From a virus (Duplodnaviria > Caudoviricetes), in the IMG/VR virus record IMGVR_UViG_2627853630_000004, positions 1-64,000 of that record: a stretch of DNA of 64,000 nucleotides; one strand, 5' to 3'. Every line of letters starts with the position of its first letter. The first letter of the stretch is position 1. This document shows, one piece after another, positions 1-8,755 of this stretch. Position numbers and translations under genes: made by a program. The notes under the pieces are model-generated. The model saw only the letters and a list, made by a program, of their open reading frames with translations, did not search any database and was not told the DNA's origin.

Positions 1-174
1 TTAAGTTTCGACTTCACGTTTCATGATTTGAAGGCGAAAGACATTTCTGATCTGGAAGGTAATTTGTACGAAAAACAAACCATACCCGGCCATAAAAATG
101 TTGCTCAGACTGCAAGATACGACAGGAAAATAGCAGTCGTTCCAGTTGTTGGTGGTCAGAATATGGCGAAGTGA
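1..174 (+). pseudogene. C-terminal end of a tyrosine integrase from an upstream element (5'-truncated by the window, possibly degenerate)
   Basis: Frame 1 reads LSFDFTFHDLKAKDISDLEGNLYEKQTIPGHKNVAQTARYDRKIAVVPVVGGQNMAK*, colinear with the C-terminus of the 42015-43040 integrase (LSFDFTFHDLKAKGVSDLDG...SGH...QTARYDRKIPIVPVVGGQN). G>D and S>P changes lie near the catalytic motifs. Confidence 0.75.
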
Positions 175-207
175 TATGGCGAAAATATGGTGACGGGGTT
201 ATTTAGA

Positions 208-333
208 TACAAAAAAACCGCCTTTCGGCGGTCTACGACATTGCACATAAGTGCTTGTTTTAATTCTTTTTAAATCAATGGTGCCCGGGGCGGGACTTGA
301 ACCCGCACAGCGCGAACGCCGAGGGATTTTAAA
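208..333 (-). repeat. att site copy 1: 3' half of tRNA-Leu(UAA) (279-333) plus downstream flank and terminator; direct repeat of 43104-43229
   Basis: TGGTGCCCGGGGCGGGACTTGAACCCGCACAGCGCGAACGCCGAGGGATTTTAAA is the reverse complement of a leuZ-type tRNA 3' half ending at the anticodon loop. The 126-bp repeat has 2 mismatches versus 43104-43229. Confidence 0.92.
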
Positions 334-375
334 TTCCGCGCTTTTTAAATGAAAAACAACGACTTAATTGCTAAA

Positions 376-447
376 TTCCTAATATATCAAAACAAAAAAG
401 CCATCAAATATATGAACTTATGGTAACGTAAGCGTGCATTTTAGGAA
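376..447. promoter_or_regulatory. Integrase arm-type sites, left arm of prophage 1
   Basis: TTCCTAATAT (376-385) is the inverse of ATATTAGGAA; ATTTTAGGAA at 438-447. The same decamer is tandem at 43069-43078 and 43081-43090. Confidence 0.65.
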
Positions 448-488
448 CGATAATCAAATGGAGCGCGGTTATTTATTCGCAATTAACA

Positions 489-710
489 ATGAAAACTATC
501 GAATATCACGGAACGACAATCTGCATTTTGGACGACAGCGACATGCTGACTGATTGCCCTATCAACTCATACGCAGTAATCGAAGATAGCGGATTCTATA
601 TCGCTGTACGCGTCGGCGAAACTGACGCGCCAGCGATTCATATCGATCCAGTCCCCACGCTCGAAGACGCGCTCGATGTCATAGCCGGCCGTCTGTCGTT
701 TTTTGCGTAA
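489..710 (+). CDS. small acidic hypothetical protein (att-proximal moron)
   Basis: 73-aa ORF convergent with the tail fibre assembly gene; AT-rich upstream region. Confidence 0.55.
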   Translation: MKTIEYHGTTICILDDSDMLTDCPINSYAVIEDSGFYIAVRVGETDAPAIHIDPVPTLEDALDVIAGRLSFFA

Positions 711-1322
711 TCACGCTGGCTGTTCAGGCCACTCGATAGCGGCAGCATTAACATCGACGCGACTCAATAGCACAGCGTATCGCTGCCACTCGATCAACGC
801 TGCTTTCTCTGCGTCAGTCGCGATATCGAGATTTACTGCGTACGTCAGTTCATTAATGCGCGCTGCGGCTGCTGTTTTACGTGATGCGAGTTGCTGCTGC
901 GCCAGCTTTGCAACTGCGACTTTCTGTGCAGCAACATCAGTCACCCATTTTTTGCCGTTCCATACGTCGAATTCCGTGGTGGGCTCAAGCAATGTAACAT
1001 CGCTGGGCAACTCGCCGAGCTGGCTAACGTAATGAGCCAAGCGGGTTTCAGTGTTGTAAACTCGCTCTCCTCGATAATCTGGAATGTATTCCCAGCTTTT
1101 TCCGTCAGCAGAGCGGCACAGTGCTTTTCCTTCAGCTGGCATTTCTGGTTCATCAACATAACTTCCGGCAGACACCCCGACACCGCGCATCAGGAACTCA
1201 TAATTTGCCTGTAGGTATTCACGGGTTACCTGATTGACCTGATAAACAGTAATCCAACCAGCATCGATCGCCAGTCCCTTTTCGTTCAATTCTGTTGTTT
1301 TAACTTGTGCTGAATATTTCAT
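711..1322 (-). CDS. tfa: tail fibre assembly protein (Tfa/DUF4376-like)
   Basis: WEYIPDYRGE...YNTET, WNGKKWVTD and C-terminal W..Y..LL.RVD...IEWPEQP pattern; follows the tail fibre gene. Confidence 0.88.
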   Translation of the reverse strand: MKYSAQVKTTELNEKGLAIDAGWITVYQVNQVTREYLQANYEFLMRGVGVSAGSYVDEPEMPAEGKALCRSADGKSWEYIPDYRGERVYNTETRLAHYVSQLGELPSDVTLLEPTTEFDVWNGKKWVTDVAAQKVAVAKLAQQQLASRKTAAAARINELTYAVNLDIATDAEKAALIEWQRYAVLLSRVDVNAAAIEWPEQPA

Positions 1323-2581
1323 TATGCTGCTCTCACGATGTAGTTAAATGCGATGTTACGGGGGCGGGTTTCAGTGCCGGCGCTGTTATTAACGCCAGTG
1401 CGTGAGTACAGAGTGCCGCCGCCGTCCTGTAATCCTTTTCCGACATACAGCGGTGTGCCGCTGCCGATTTCCAACGATCCGCTTGCATGCGTGTGTGACT
1501 CTGTTGAAAACGCCTGGTTGGATAAATTCGTTCGTGATGGGTCAATACCGCGTCCGTTATCCCAGCCGCGAATAAATTCGCCGCGCAAGTCTGGCAGCAC
1601 GCCAGACGGGTATCGAGTTGTCAGTATTGGGTACGCTGATGTATCAAATGACTGGCCGGCGCATGGCAGCCATCCTGACGGTATGGTTGTGAGCGGCCAC
1701 GGCTGAGGCATGCCGACGATTTCGCTAATCTGTAGTGCGCCAATATCAGAAGCGGTTAAGTTTTTGGTATTGAATTCACGTCGCCACTCACCGCTACCTG
1801 GCGTAACAGACTCTACATAAACGAACTGGCCCTGTACTGCGCTTGGATCGCTTGATGATGACATTGTTGTCACACGCACAGTGCGTAGATTAAATCGGCT
1901 AGCGAAAACCTCAACGACCGCACCCGCCAACTCAATATGCCCGCAGTTCGTATCAATGATTTTTTTATTTGCAGAGAAACTCCACGTCCCCGCACACACA
2001 AAATACAAGTGCTCAAACGCCCCCATTGCATTCAAAAAATCAATAAACTGTGACGTCGTCCACCCGCCTGAGCTTCCACCGAATTCAATCCATGGGTTGC
2101 CTAGATGGGGAACCTCGGCGTTTCGTGCAAACTGAGATTTGTTGGGAATGTCTGCGCCGTTCTGGTCTTTTGCCAGCTTTCCATCTGCGTTTTGCATTGC
2201 AGCACGAACAGCGAGTGGTGTGGCCGCTAATGTCTCTGCGTCGCTGTTTGTCGCGCTACTGAGTCGCACAATACCCGCCGCCGTTGTTGATGCGACGGGA
2301 ATGTTGCCAGCGGCATTCTTTTGTAGGGCCAGCAATAGCGACTGCTGTAGTGCTGCGATATTCCCGTTATCTAACACGTCGGCATCATTCGTATCTGCAA
2401 TAAACTGAGCCACGACAGACGCAATTACAGAGGCCTGCCGGACCGCTTTATTGATTTGCGCTGATGACGCCTTTCCTGATGTGAACCCACCAAACAGGGC
2501 GGGCAGGTTTTCCCATTCAGATTGTGATGTAACGTTAGCCCCCGCCGCTGTCGCAAACGGTTTAAATTCATTGTTAGCCAT
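1322..2581 (-). CDS. tail fibre protein
   Basis: ASTTAAGIVRLSSATNSD..TLAATP repeat, tail collar motif LPDLRGEFIRGWDNGRG, C-terminal ETRPRNIAFNYIVRAA. Confidence 0.92.
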   Translation of the reverse strand: MANNEFKPFATAAGANVTSQSEWENLPALFGGFTSGKASSAQINKAVRQASVIASVVAQFIADTNDADVLDNGNIAALQQSLLLALQKNAAGNIPVASTTAAGIVRLSSATNSDAETLAATPLAVRAAMQNADGKLAKDQNGADIPNKSQFARNAEVPHLGNPWIEFGGSSGGWTTSQFIDFLNAMGAFEHLYFVCAGTWSFSANKKIIDTNCGHIELAGAVVEVFASRFNLRTVRVTTMSSSSDPSAVQGQFVYVESVTPGSGEWRREFNTKNLTASDIGALQISEIVGMPQPWPLTTIPSGWLPCAGQSFDTSAYPILTTRYPSGVLPDLRGEFIRGWDNGRGIDPSRTNLSNQAFSTESHTHASGSLEIGSGTPLYVGKGLQDGGGTLYSRTGVNNSAGTETRPRNIAFNYIVRAA

Positions 2582-3245
2582 TTAGTGATGTCTCCCACGC
2601 ACCGGTATCAAACCCGGCGATGTATTCATTTTCGATGTCAAAACCGAAAAACTGATTTCCGACTGACGGATACAGAATTTCCCCTGAAAAAACGCCTGCG
2701 GCTTTTACTGTTAAATACCCCTGTCGAATGACTGCTAATATTTCACGCGAAACGGAATCAATAGACGTTTCCGGGAACACCCAGACCGAGATCGTCATAT
2801 CTTGATTATCGATAATCTGCATACTCAGCCCCGACCCTGCTGTCGCAAAAGAGAGGATCGCTGGTAGCGAATCGTTTTGCCCATCCCAACTGTTAATCGC
2901 GATTTTTGTGCGCAGCACAATGCGGTACGCTTCATCTGATAAATCGACGAATCCAGAATCGGGATCGAACTGGCGCTGCCAGACGCCCTGGTCATACCCG
3001 ACGTTATCGGTGTCGAATGAAAAATAAACGCCGACAATCGGTTGCATAACAGTGCGTGAGCGGCCAATCCACTGACCGAGGGTGTCCAACTGATCGCCGA
3101 TCGCGTTATCAATATCGAACGCATTAACAAGCGCCTGCATTTGGCTGGAAACATCGATTAACGGGCGGGTGGATAAGTCAACATGCTGGACGAATAGCGG
3201 TTTTGTTGCGTTGTAGTTGGGAATTATCTCGGTGTATTTGCTCAT
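2574..3245 (-). CDS. baseplate wedge protein (DUF2612-like)
   Basis: FDIDNAIGDQLDTLGQWIGRSR motif; position between baseplate J and the fibre. Confidence 0.8.
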   Translation of the reverse strand: MSKYTEIIPNYNATKPLFVQHVDLSTRPLIDVSSQMQALVNAFDIDNAIGDQLDTLGQWIGRSRTVMQPIVGVYFSFDTDNVGYDQGVWQRQFDPDSGFVDLSDEAYRIVLRTKIAINSWDGQNDSLPAILSFATAGSGLSMQIIDNQDMTISVWVFPETSIDSVSREILAVIRQGYLTVKAAGVFSGEILYPSVGNQFFGFDIENEYIAGFDTGAWETSLNG

Positions 3246-4441
3246 GGCACCACCGTGATCGATATGTTGTCAGCGCTGCATATTGGGGATTCATCGTATG
3301 CAGTAACGACATTTGCAGGAGAAACACTGCCAGACGCACGCCCCAGCATTAACTCGATAATGTCGTAATACCGCGCGTCACCGCCACTCACTACGCCGAG
3401 GTTGGCCGGGGAATAAACACGGCTCAGCAACACATCATCACCGATATCGAGTGAATTGATGTAATCAGCAATCGATCGCTTCATTTGCTCGTCTACTGCT
3501 GTCGTGTACCCCGTAAACACACGCATAGAGATTGAAACGAATATCGGGACATCGATCGGACGAGAGAACCGGATTACGTGATTATTCCCGTATGTGTCTG
3601 GTACCGTGACAGCCGTGCTGCCGAACGTCGCCACGCCCTGCCCTTTTTTCCCCCGAATTGTTTGTGCAATCTGCGTTACATTGCCGCCCTCAATGATTGC
3701 ACTGATCGAATGTGCCGGTAGGCCATTAACATCAACAGAGCCCGTGTCGTTTTCATACAGCTTGTGACGTGTCACGCCGTCAATTCCCGCTATCGCCCCA
3801 TCTACAGCTTCAAATGGGGTCAGGGATGCAATAGCAACACTACGCGCTTGCCGTACGCGCAATGCCGCGTCGGTTTCTGCTGCCGCGCCTACATCTGCCG
3901 CGTTGGGGTTGGTTACAGATAACCAGCCCCGCGTCGGCGTGTTGATTTGATTCACTGAGTTCGCAACAGCGGCCACGGCTCCCGCTGTTGCACACGTCGC
4001 GGTAACGATAACGGTACTGCTTATGCCAATGCTCACAGATGCGGGAAGATTCCAGATAACGCCGTTGGAGTCTTTCACAGATCCGTTCGTGATGGTTGTG
4101 CCTGCTGTGCCACTTAGCGTCACGTCTACCGTTGAATTAACCGCAGCGTGACGTGAAATTCCGTTGATTTTCACATTACGCGTCAGGGCATCAGATAGCG
4201 CGGTTGTCGGAGAGAATGAGTTATAAACAGCAATGGCCGATGTGTTCGCATCGTGTATAGCTAGCGCCACCAGCGCAACCATTTGCCCGTCTTTACTGTC
4301 CGGCTCCAGATAGGCATCGGTACCGTAAATCTGTCTGAAGTAGTCAGTAATTGTGCTGAGTATGGTCTGATAATCGGGCGCACTGATCCCCTGAGCGGTT
4401 ACCGTTGCCGATAAGCCCAGCGTGTCGAGATTTAAGGCCAT
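3242..4441 (-). CDS. baseplate J/gp47-like protein
   Basis: 399 aa, G...ETDAALRVR motif, synteny. Confidence 0.87.
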   Translation of the reverse strand: MALNLDTLGLSATVTAQGISAPDYQTILSTITDYFRQIYGTDAYLEPDSKDGQMVALVALAIHDANTSAIAVYNSFSPTTALSDALTRNVKINGISRHAAVNSTVDVTLSGTAGTTITNGSVKDSNGVIWNLPASVSIGISSTVIVTATCATAGAVAAVANSVNQINTPTRGWLSVTNPNAADVGAAAETDAALRVRQARSVAIASLTPFEAVDGAIAGIDGVTRHKLYENDTGSVDVNGLPAHSISAIIEGGNVTQIAQTIRGKKGQGVATFGSTAVTVPDTYGNNHVIRFSRPIDVPIFVSISMRVFTGYTTAVDEQMKRSIADYINSLDIGDDVLLSRVYSPANLGVVSGGDARYYDIIELMLGRASGSVSPANVVTAYDESPICSADNISITVVP

Positions 4442-4795
4442 TTATGCCTCACTAGTTACTGTCGTTGTTCCGTAGATGGTTTCGATTGTCGCAGTAAACG
4501 ATACGCGCCGCGTGGCGCTGTTTACTGTCGTGTTGAATTCGCTAATGCTGCTGACGCCCTGCGTTTCAAGGATTCGCTGACGAATAGCTAGGTTGTAAGT
4601 GTCAGATCGCTGTTTTCCCAGCACGGACTGAATCCACGGTGTTCCGGCTGCGGTATCCAGAAACCACTGGCCTAGCCATAACTCAAATCGGGTTTTAACC
4701 GCCTGCGCCACCGCCTCAGGTGAATTAACCAGCCAGGTATCATCGCCCTGCCCGAATGTGTAATCGCCGTCCGCACTTTCTCGTCGATATCGCAT
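4442..4795 (-). CDS. baseplate wedge/sheath-initiator (gp25/W-like) protein
   Basis: EAVAQAVKTRFELWLGQWFLDT..GTPW; lies upstream of J. Confidence 0.72.
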   Translation of the reverse strand: MRYRRESADGDYTFGQGDDTWLVNSPEAVAQAVKTRFELWLGQWFLDTAAGTPWIQSVLGKQRSDTYNLAIRQRILETQGVSSISEFNTTVNSATRRVSFTATIETIYGTTTVTSEA

Positions 4796-5550
4796 CAGTT
4801 CGGCGCTCCTGTATTTCCGCTGCCCGGCTGTACGCCGCCGTGCGCGTGCGTCATTACGCTTTTACCTCCCGCAGTAACATCGTTGGTGACGTTTACGGGA
4901 CCGTTCATTGTTGCCGTTCCGCCGCTGTCACCCATGCCCTGAGACAGATTGCCATTTATCGTCACGTCGCCGTTGAGCACAATCGACGGTGATGTGATTT
5001 CTGTCCCTCCCTGCGCACTAGCAGTTAGTTTGCCAGGCGTTGTGACAGTGATATTGTGACCGGCTGCCACTTCGACGAATGCCTCGCCATCATCAGTTCG
5101 CAACTGCGCGGCACTGGTACTGATACCGCTAATTTTGTTCGCCTGCGACTGAGCGCCCACAATGACAAATGCATCAGACAGGCTGTGCATGCGATTAGAT
5201 ACAGGCTCCTGAACGCCGCCAGACTGCCACCAAAAATCGATACAGCGATCGGCAAAGATAATCAGGCATTCATCACCTGCCGACACCGGAAATGTAAGCG
5301 TGCAACCGCCACCGCGTGGGAATACAACAGGGACGTCTGTTAGCAGTTGCAGCGGATTTGACTCTTTATTGCTATCGCTACCTGTGTCCTGTCCCATAAG
5401 CGATGGCAGGACAACGCACGTAACATCGTCTGGATTGAACGACTGAATAACACCGGGCATAGCAACGCGCATATTAGACATAACGCGATTCATCACGGTG
5501 CTGATCAGGTCTTGCTCGCTGTTGGTTTGGGATTTAAGTGGTACGGGCAT
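4795..5550 (-). CDS. baseplate central spike (gpV/Gp138-like)
   Basis: C-terminal HxH (THAHGGVQPG) iron-binding tip motif; start moved to the ATG at 5550, which has a GGAG RBS. Confidence 0.85.
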   Translation of the reverse strand: MPVPLKSQTNSEQDLISTVMNRVMSNMRVAMPGVIQSFNPDDVTCVVLPSLMGQDTGSDSNKESNPLQLLTDVPVVFPRGGGCTLTFPVSAGDECLIIFADRCIDFWWQSGGVQEPVSNRMHSLSDAFVIVGAQSQANKISGISTSAAQLRTDDGEAFVEVAAGHNITVTTPGKLTASAQGGTEITSPSIVLNGDVTINGNLSQGMGDSGGTATMNGPVNVTNDVTAGGKSVMTHAHGGVQPGSGNTGAPN

Positions 5551-5564
5551 ATTTTCTCCAGATG

Positions 5565-5591
5565 AAAAAAAGCCCACATAATAGTGGGCTT
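5565..5591 (-). terminator. intrinsic terminator closing the moron
   Basis: AAGCCCAC-N7-GTGGGCTT hairpin followed by a T7 tract on the minus strand. Confidence 0.65.
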
Positions 5592-5598
5592 CAATTTA

Positions 5599-5799
5599 TT
5601 AATCTTTACCAGTTGTTGGATCAGGAGCAAGAGATCCTTCGGTAGAGACTCTTCCTTTAGGAACAGGTATCGAACTATCAAAATGTACTTTTCCCGGTTG
5701 CTCCGATTCATTTATTTGATGATCTTTAAGCTGTTCGGCCCCCCTGGTTGAATCTTTGTGTGTTACTGAATCATTAGCGTACTTATTTTTATCAGTCAT
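5599..5799 (-). CDS. small hydrophilic hypothetical protein (moron)
   Basis: Likely start MTDKNKY with a GAGG RBS; AT-rich. Confidence 0.45.
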   Translation of the reverse strand: MTDKNKYANDSVTHKDSTRGAEQLKDHQINESEQPGKVHFDSSIPVPKGRVSTEGSLAPDPTTGKD

Positions 5800-5810
5800 A
5801 CAATGCCTCA

Positions 5811-6377
5811 TTAACTTATCTTTATTAATAAAAAAAAGAATAAAAAACCAATAAAAGCCCATGCACCAAAAAGCATAGATTCGAAACAATTAGCTATTAA
5901 TTTAGCGATTTCCGAGTGTTTCACATCTGTAGATATTGTTAGTCTTGAATATTCTTTCGCATATGATGCTAACGAATTATATCGTTTATTAAGCATAAAA
6001 AAATCTTCTAAATCTTGAGCATCAGCGGATGGTTTTTCCGTATTTCTTAGCTGCATTGCGCTAAAAGCAAACCCCCAAGACACCATCGATAAAAAAATGA
6101 ACGTGGATAAGAAAATCCAACAAACAATATGTTTTGGTTCGGGGTTTATAGTAAAAATGGTATCCCACCAATTTCTAACGATCAAGAGAGCCACTGAAAT
6201 AATCACACTTAGTGAGCCAAAAGTCTTCATCGCCTTATCTTCCAAGCGCCTGAGGCTCGCTACTGCTGATATGTATTGCTCCTTTTGATGATCAAATAAA
6301 ATCTTTGCTCGTTCTATCAGCTCTTTGATTTCATCTTCTTCGCTACTTTTAACATTACTGCTTTCTGAGTTATTCAC
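5811..6377 (-). CDS. AT-rich membrane protein with ~3 TM segments (moron)
   Basis: Hydrophobic stretches FGSLSVIISVALLIV, IVCWIFLSTFIFLSMVSWGFAF and MLFGAWAFIGFLFFFLLI. Confidence 0.7.
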   Translation of the reverse strand: MNNSESSNVKSSEEDEIKELIERAKILFDHQKEQYISAVASLRRLEDKAMKTFGSLSVIISVALLIVRNWWDTIFTINPEPKHIVCWIFLSTFIFLSMVSWGFAFSAMQLRNTEKPSADAQDLEDFFMLNKRYNSLASYAKEYSRLTISTDVKHSEIAKLIANCFESMLFGAWAFIGFLFFFLLIKIS

Positions 6378-6721
6378 TACTTAACCTTCACACAATCATA
6401 AGTCCAGAACCGTCTAGGCTCATCCATGTTCTTGCGGATGACTTCGACGTTGAGGATGGGTTTACTATCCCTTCTTATGTAGTCCATACCTAACCAGCGC
6501 CCCAGATTTTTATCCAGCACCATGATTTGAATCTTCATGTTGGCATAATCATCTTTTTCTTTTAAGAAAATGATTTTCTGCGTTTCTGGTTCAACTCCAT
6601 TAACACGCATCAATCCGTCATCTTTTGCCTGAAGATAAAACGGTCCACACTGAAGGGCTGCGAATGATGGCAACGGAAGAAGGACAAGTAACGAAATAGA
6701 CAATATGCGGCGCATGATCAT
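6377..6721 (-). CDS. secreted/periplasmic hypothetical protein
   Basis: Signal peptide MRRILSISLLVLLPLPSFA; two Cys at the ends of the mature chain. Confidence 0.65.
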   Translation of the reverse strand: MIMRRILSISLLVLLPLPSFAALQCGPFYLQAKDDGLMRVNGVEPETQKIIFLKEKDDYANMKIQIMVLDKNLGRWLGMDYIRRDSKPILNVEVIRKNMDEPRRFWTYDCVKVK

Positions 6722-7830
6722 TATTGTAGGTCAGCCTCTTTAATCATCGATGGACTCATTGGACTCATATTCCCTTTCGCCAGACAGAGCAAATCCATGT
6801 ACCAAGCCTGTCCGCGAGTATCACCAGTATAATTGATCATGCCGACAAAGTAATCGCCGTCTGCGTCAACGCCCGGACCCGCATAGGCAATGTCGGTATC
6901 TATCATTTTCGGGCGCTGCGGGGTGTCTACCACCAGCACACCATCCTGATTCCTTTCCGATATCCGCCCGTTCGCCATCGCCACATCACCATTACCCAGC
7001 GCAGCACGATACACTGAAGCCTGATCGATGCGTATCAGCCCACCCAGTTTAATATTTGGGTTAATCAGGCATCGCACATTCACCCCGCCGCCCATCGTCT
7101 GCTGTGGCATACCGATAAGGCCTGTATCAGCGTTCAGCACAACCGCTTTTGCGCCAATATACTTATCCTTGGGGATGATATTGACCTGATTATTGTCATA
7201 CCAAAAATACGCGTTACAGTTTTCGGCGATCTCGGTCATCAGCTTGCTGGTGGTGCTGTAAATAGTGCAGCCGCGCGGGAATACGGTGTTATGCAACACG
7301 TCAGGTACATTGCCACGGGTAATACCGAATGGCTCCAGCGATTTCATGCCGAGGTTAAACAGGTCTTCATACGTCCATCCCGCCGCCACCGTCGTTTTTA
7401 CCCTGCCGTGAAGATGACCTTCCCAGCAGTCGATACATTGCAGCAGTATCCAACTGTCAGTGGCGTTGTCTTTACCTTTGATGGTGAAGCGGATATCACC
7501 GTTAAAAATCAGGCCATAGTTTCGATCATCCATTTGACCGACATCATCAGCATTCACGCTACGAGCAATGCCCACATCAGCGGCCTTAACATCTGGCGCG
7601 ATACCGTCATACCCGGCAATAACGCGGATTTTGCTGAACTCGTTACCCATAATGCGGTTTTGGGTATCGCGTGACAGGTTATAAACCCTGAAATTACCCA
7701 CGAACCCGCCAAACTGAGAGGATGGCATCTTCTCAATGTTAAACGTCACTTTGAAATTACTTAGGCTAATCCCTTCACCTTTATCATTCAGCACTTGCAG
7801 TTCAAAATGACGCATCCAGTTTTTAGACAT
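6721..7830 (-). CDS. baseplate hub protein
   Basis: TGLIGMPQQT..GVNVRCLINPNIK and GDTRGQAWY motifs; synteny. Confidence 0.75.
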   Translation of the reverse strand: MSKNWMRHFELQVLNDKGEGISLSNFKVTFNIEKMPSSQFGGFVGNFRVYNLSRDTQNRIMGNEFSKIRVIAGYDGIAPDVKAADVGIARSVNADDVGQMDDRNYGLIFNGDIRFTIKGKDNATDSWILLQCIDCWEGHLHGRVKTTVAAGWTYEDLFNLGMKSLEPFGITRGNVPDVLHNTVFPRGCTIYSTTSKLMTEIAENCNAYFWYDNNQVNIIPKDKYIGAKAVVLNADTGLIGMPQQTMGGGVNVRCLINPNIKLGGLIRIDQASVYRAALGNGDVAMANGRISERNQDGVLVVDTPQRPKMIDTDIAYAGPGVDADGDYFVGMINYTGDTRGQAWYMDLLCLAKGNMSPMSPSMIKEADLQ

Positions 7831-7832
7831 GA

Positions 7833-8135
7833 TTACTCCGTTACCACATAAAGATGGCTGTAAATGCCGAGATCGGTTTTAGTCGGGTTTTCCTGCCCGG
7901 CAACATCGCAGACAACAATCAGAGAAAAACCCATACTCAGGTAAGCGTATTGCAACAGCAGGTCATAGCCGGTTATTAATGGGATACTTCCTGCTATCAA
8001 CACGCCTGCGCTATCCATCAGATCCAGAGACCAGAACGTTTCGCGCCAGACGATGCTTATCTGGTATGTCCCGCCATTAAGCTGGGTGCTGAACGTCTGG
8101 TTGTTAGGACTTAACGGAATTTCAGTAACATTCAT
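7833..8135 (-). CDS. baseplate plug-like protein
   Basis: 100 aa, IPLITGYDLL.QY; synteny. Confidence 0.6.
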   Translation of the reverse strand: MNVTEIPLSPNNQTFSTQLNGGTYQISIVWRETFWSLDLMDSAGVLIAGSIPLITGYDLLLQYAYLSMGFSLIVVCDVAGQENPTKTDLGIYSHLYVVTE

Positions 8136-8755
8136 AAGCCCCCCACCAATCCAGATATAGCCCCACCAATCGAGCTGAGCACTGATCGGTTATTAACGGG
8201 TGTCGGGGTTTTAACTCCCGAATCAATGACTGCTGATGTGCTGGTTCCCAGCGTCATGTTTTCTTTCGGCGCAACATTGATGTCACTCGTTTCGGAGATA
8301 ATCAGCTCTCGTAACGTGATAACCGCCATCAGCACATTTTCGCTGGTTCTGTCCGTGGTCACGTCCAGCGAGCGGATCAACATATTCTGATACTGACGCT
8401 TGCCTGTGGTCACATCGAATGGCAGTCGCAGGCGTTGCAGATCGAGCAGTTGCTGATAAACCTCCTTGGGGCTAAGGCCAACACTCAGACCGATTCTTGA
8501 TGTATCGAGCAGCGACGAATCCAGCAATGAACCGCCGCCAGCAAACCCCACTTCCATCACGATTTCTGAGGGTCGCCGGTAGGCATGATCGGAGATCGTT
8601 CCTGAATACTGGGATGCAACGATATTCGTTGGTCGCTCAACGGGATGTTCCGTGATTTCCAGCACATCCGAATGTTTTTCTGAAATAACGACATCGGGAA
8701 TTATTATCCCTATTTTCCGGCTTCGCTGGTTAAACAGTACGGATAGGACATCCAT
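8132..8755 (-). CDS. tail tube initiator/Dit-like baseplate protein
   Basis: ITEHPVE...ISDHAY and VTTGKRQYQNMLI; directly after the tape measure gene. Confidence 0.72.
   Translation of the reverse strand: MDVLSVLFNQRSRKIGIIIPDVVISEKHSDVLEITEHPVERPTNIVASQYSGTISDHAYRRPSEIVMEVGFAGGGSLLDSSLLDTSRIGLSVGLSPKEVYQQLLDLQRLRLPFDVTTGKRQYQNMLIRSLDVTTDRTSENVLMAVITLRELIISETSDINVAPKENMTLGTSTSAVIDSGVKTPTPVNNRSVLSSIGGAISGLVGGL

Noticed and set aside
279-333. Intact tRNA-Leu gene (also at 43175-43229)
   Set aside because: Only the 3' half up to the anticodon loop is present; these are att copies.
711-2581. Invertible tail-fibre cassette or diversity-generating retroelement
   Set aside because: No invertase, reverse transcriptase, flanking inverted repeats or template/variable repeat pair seen.
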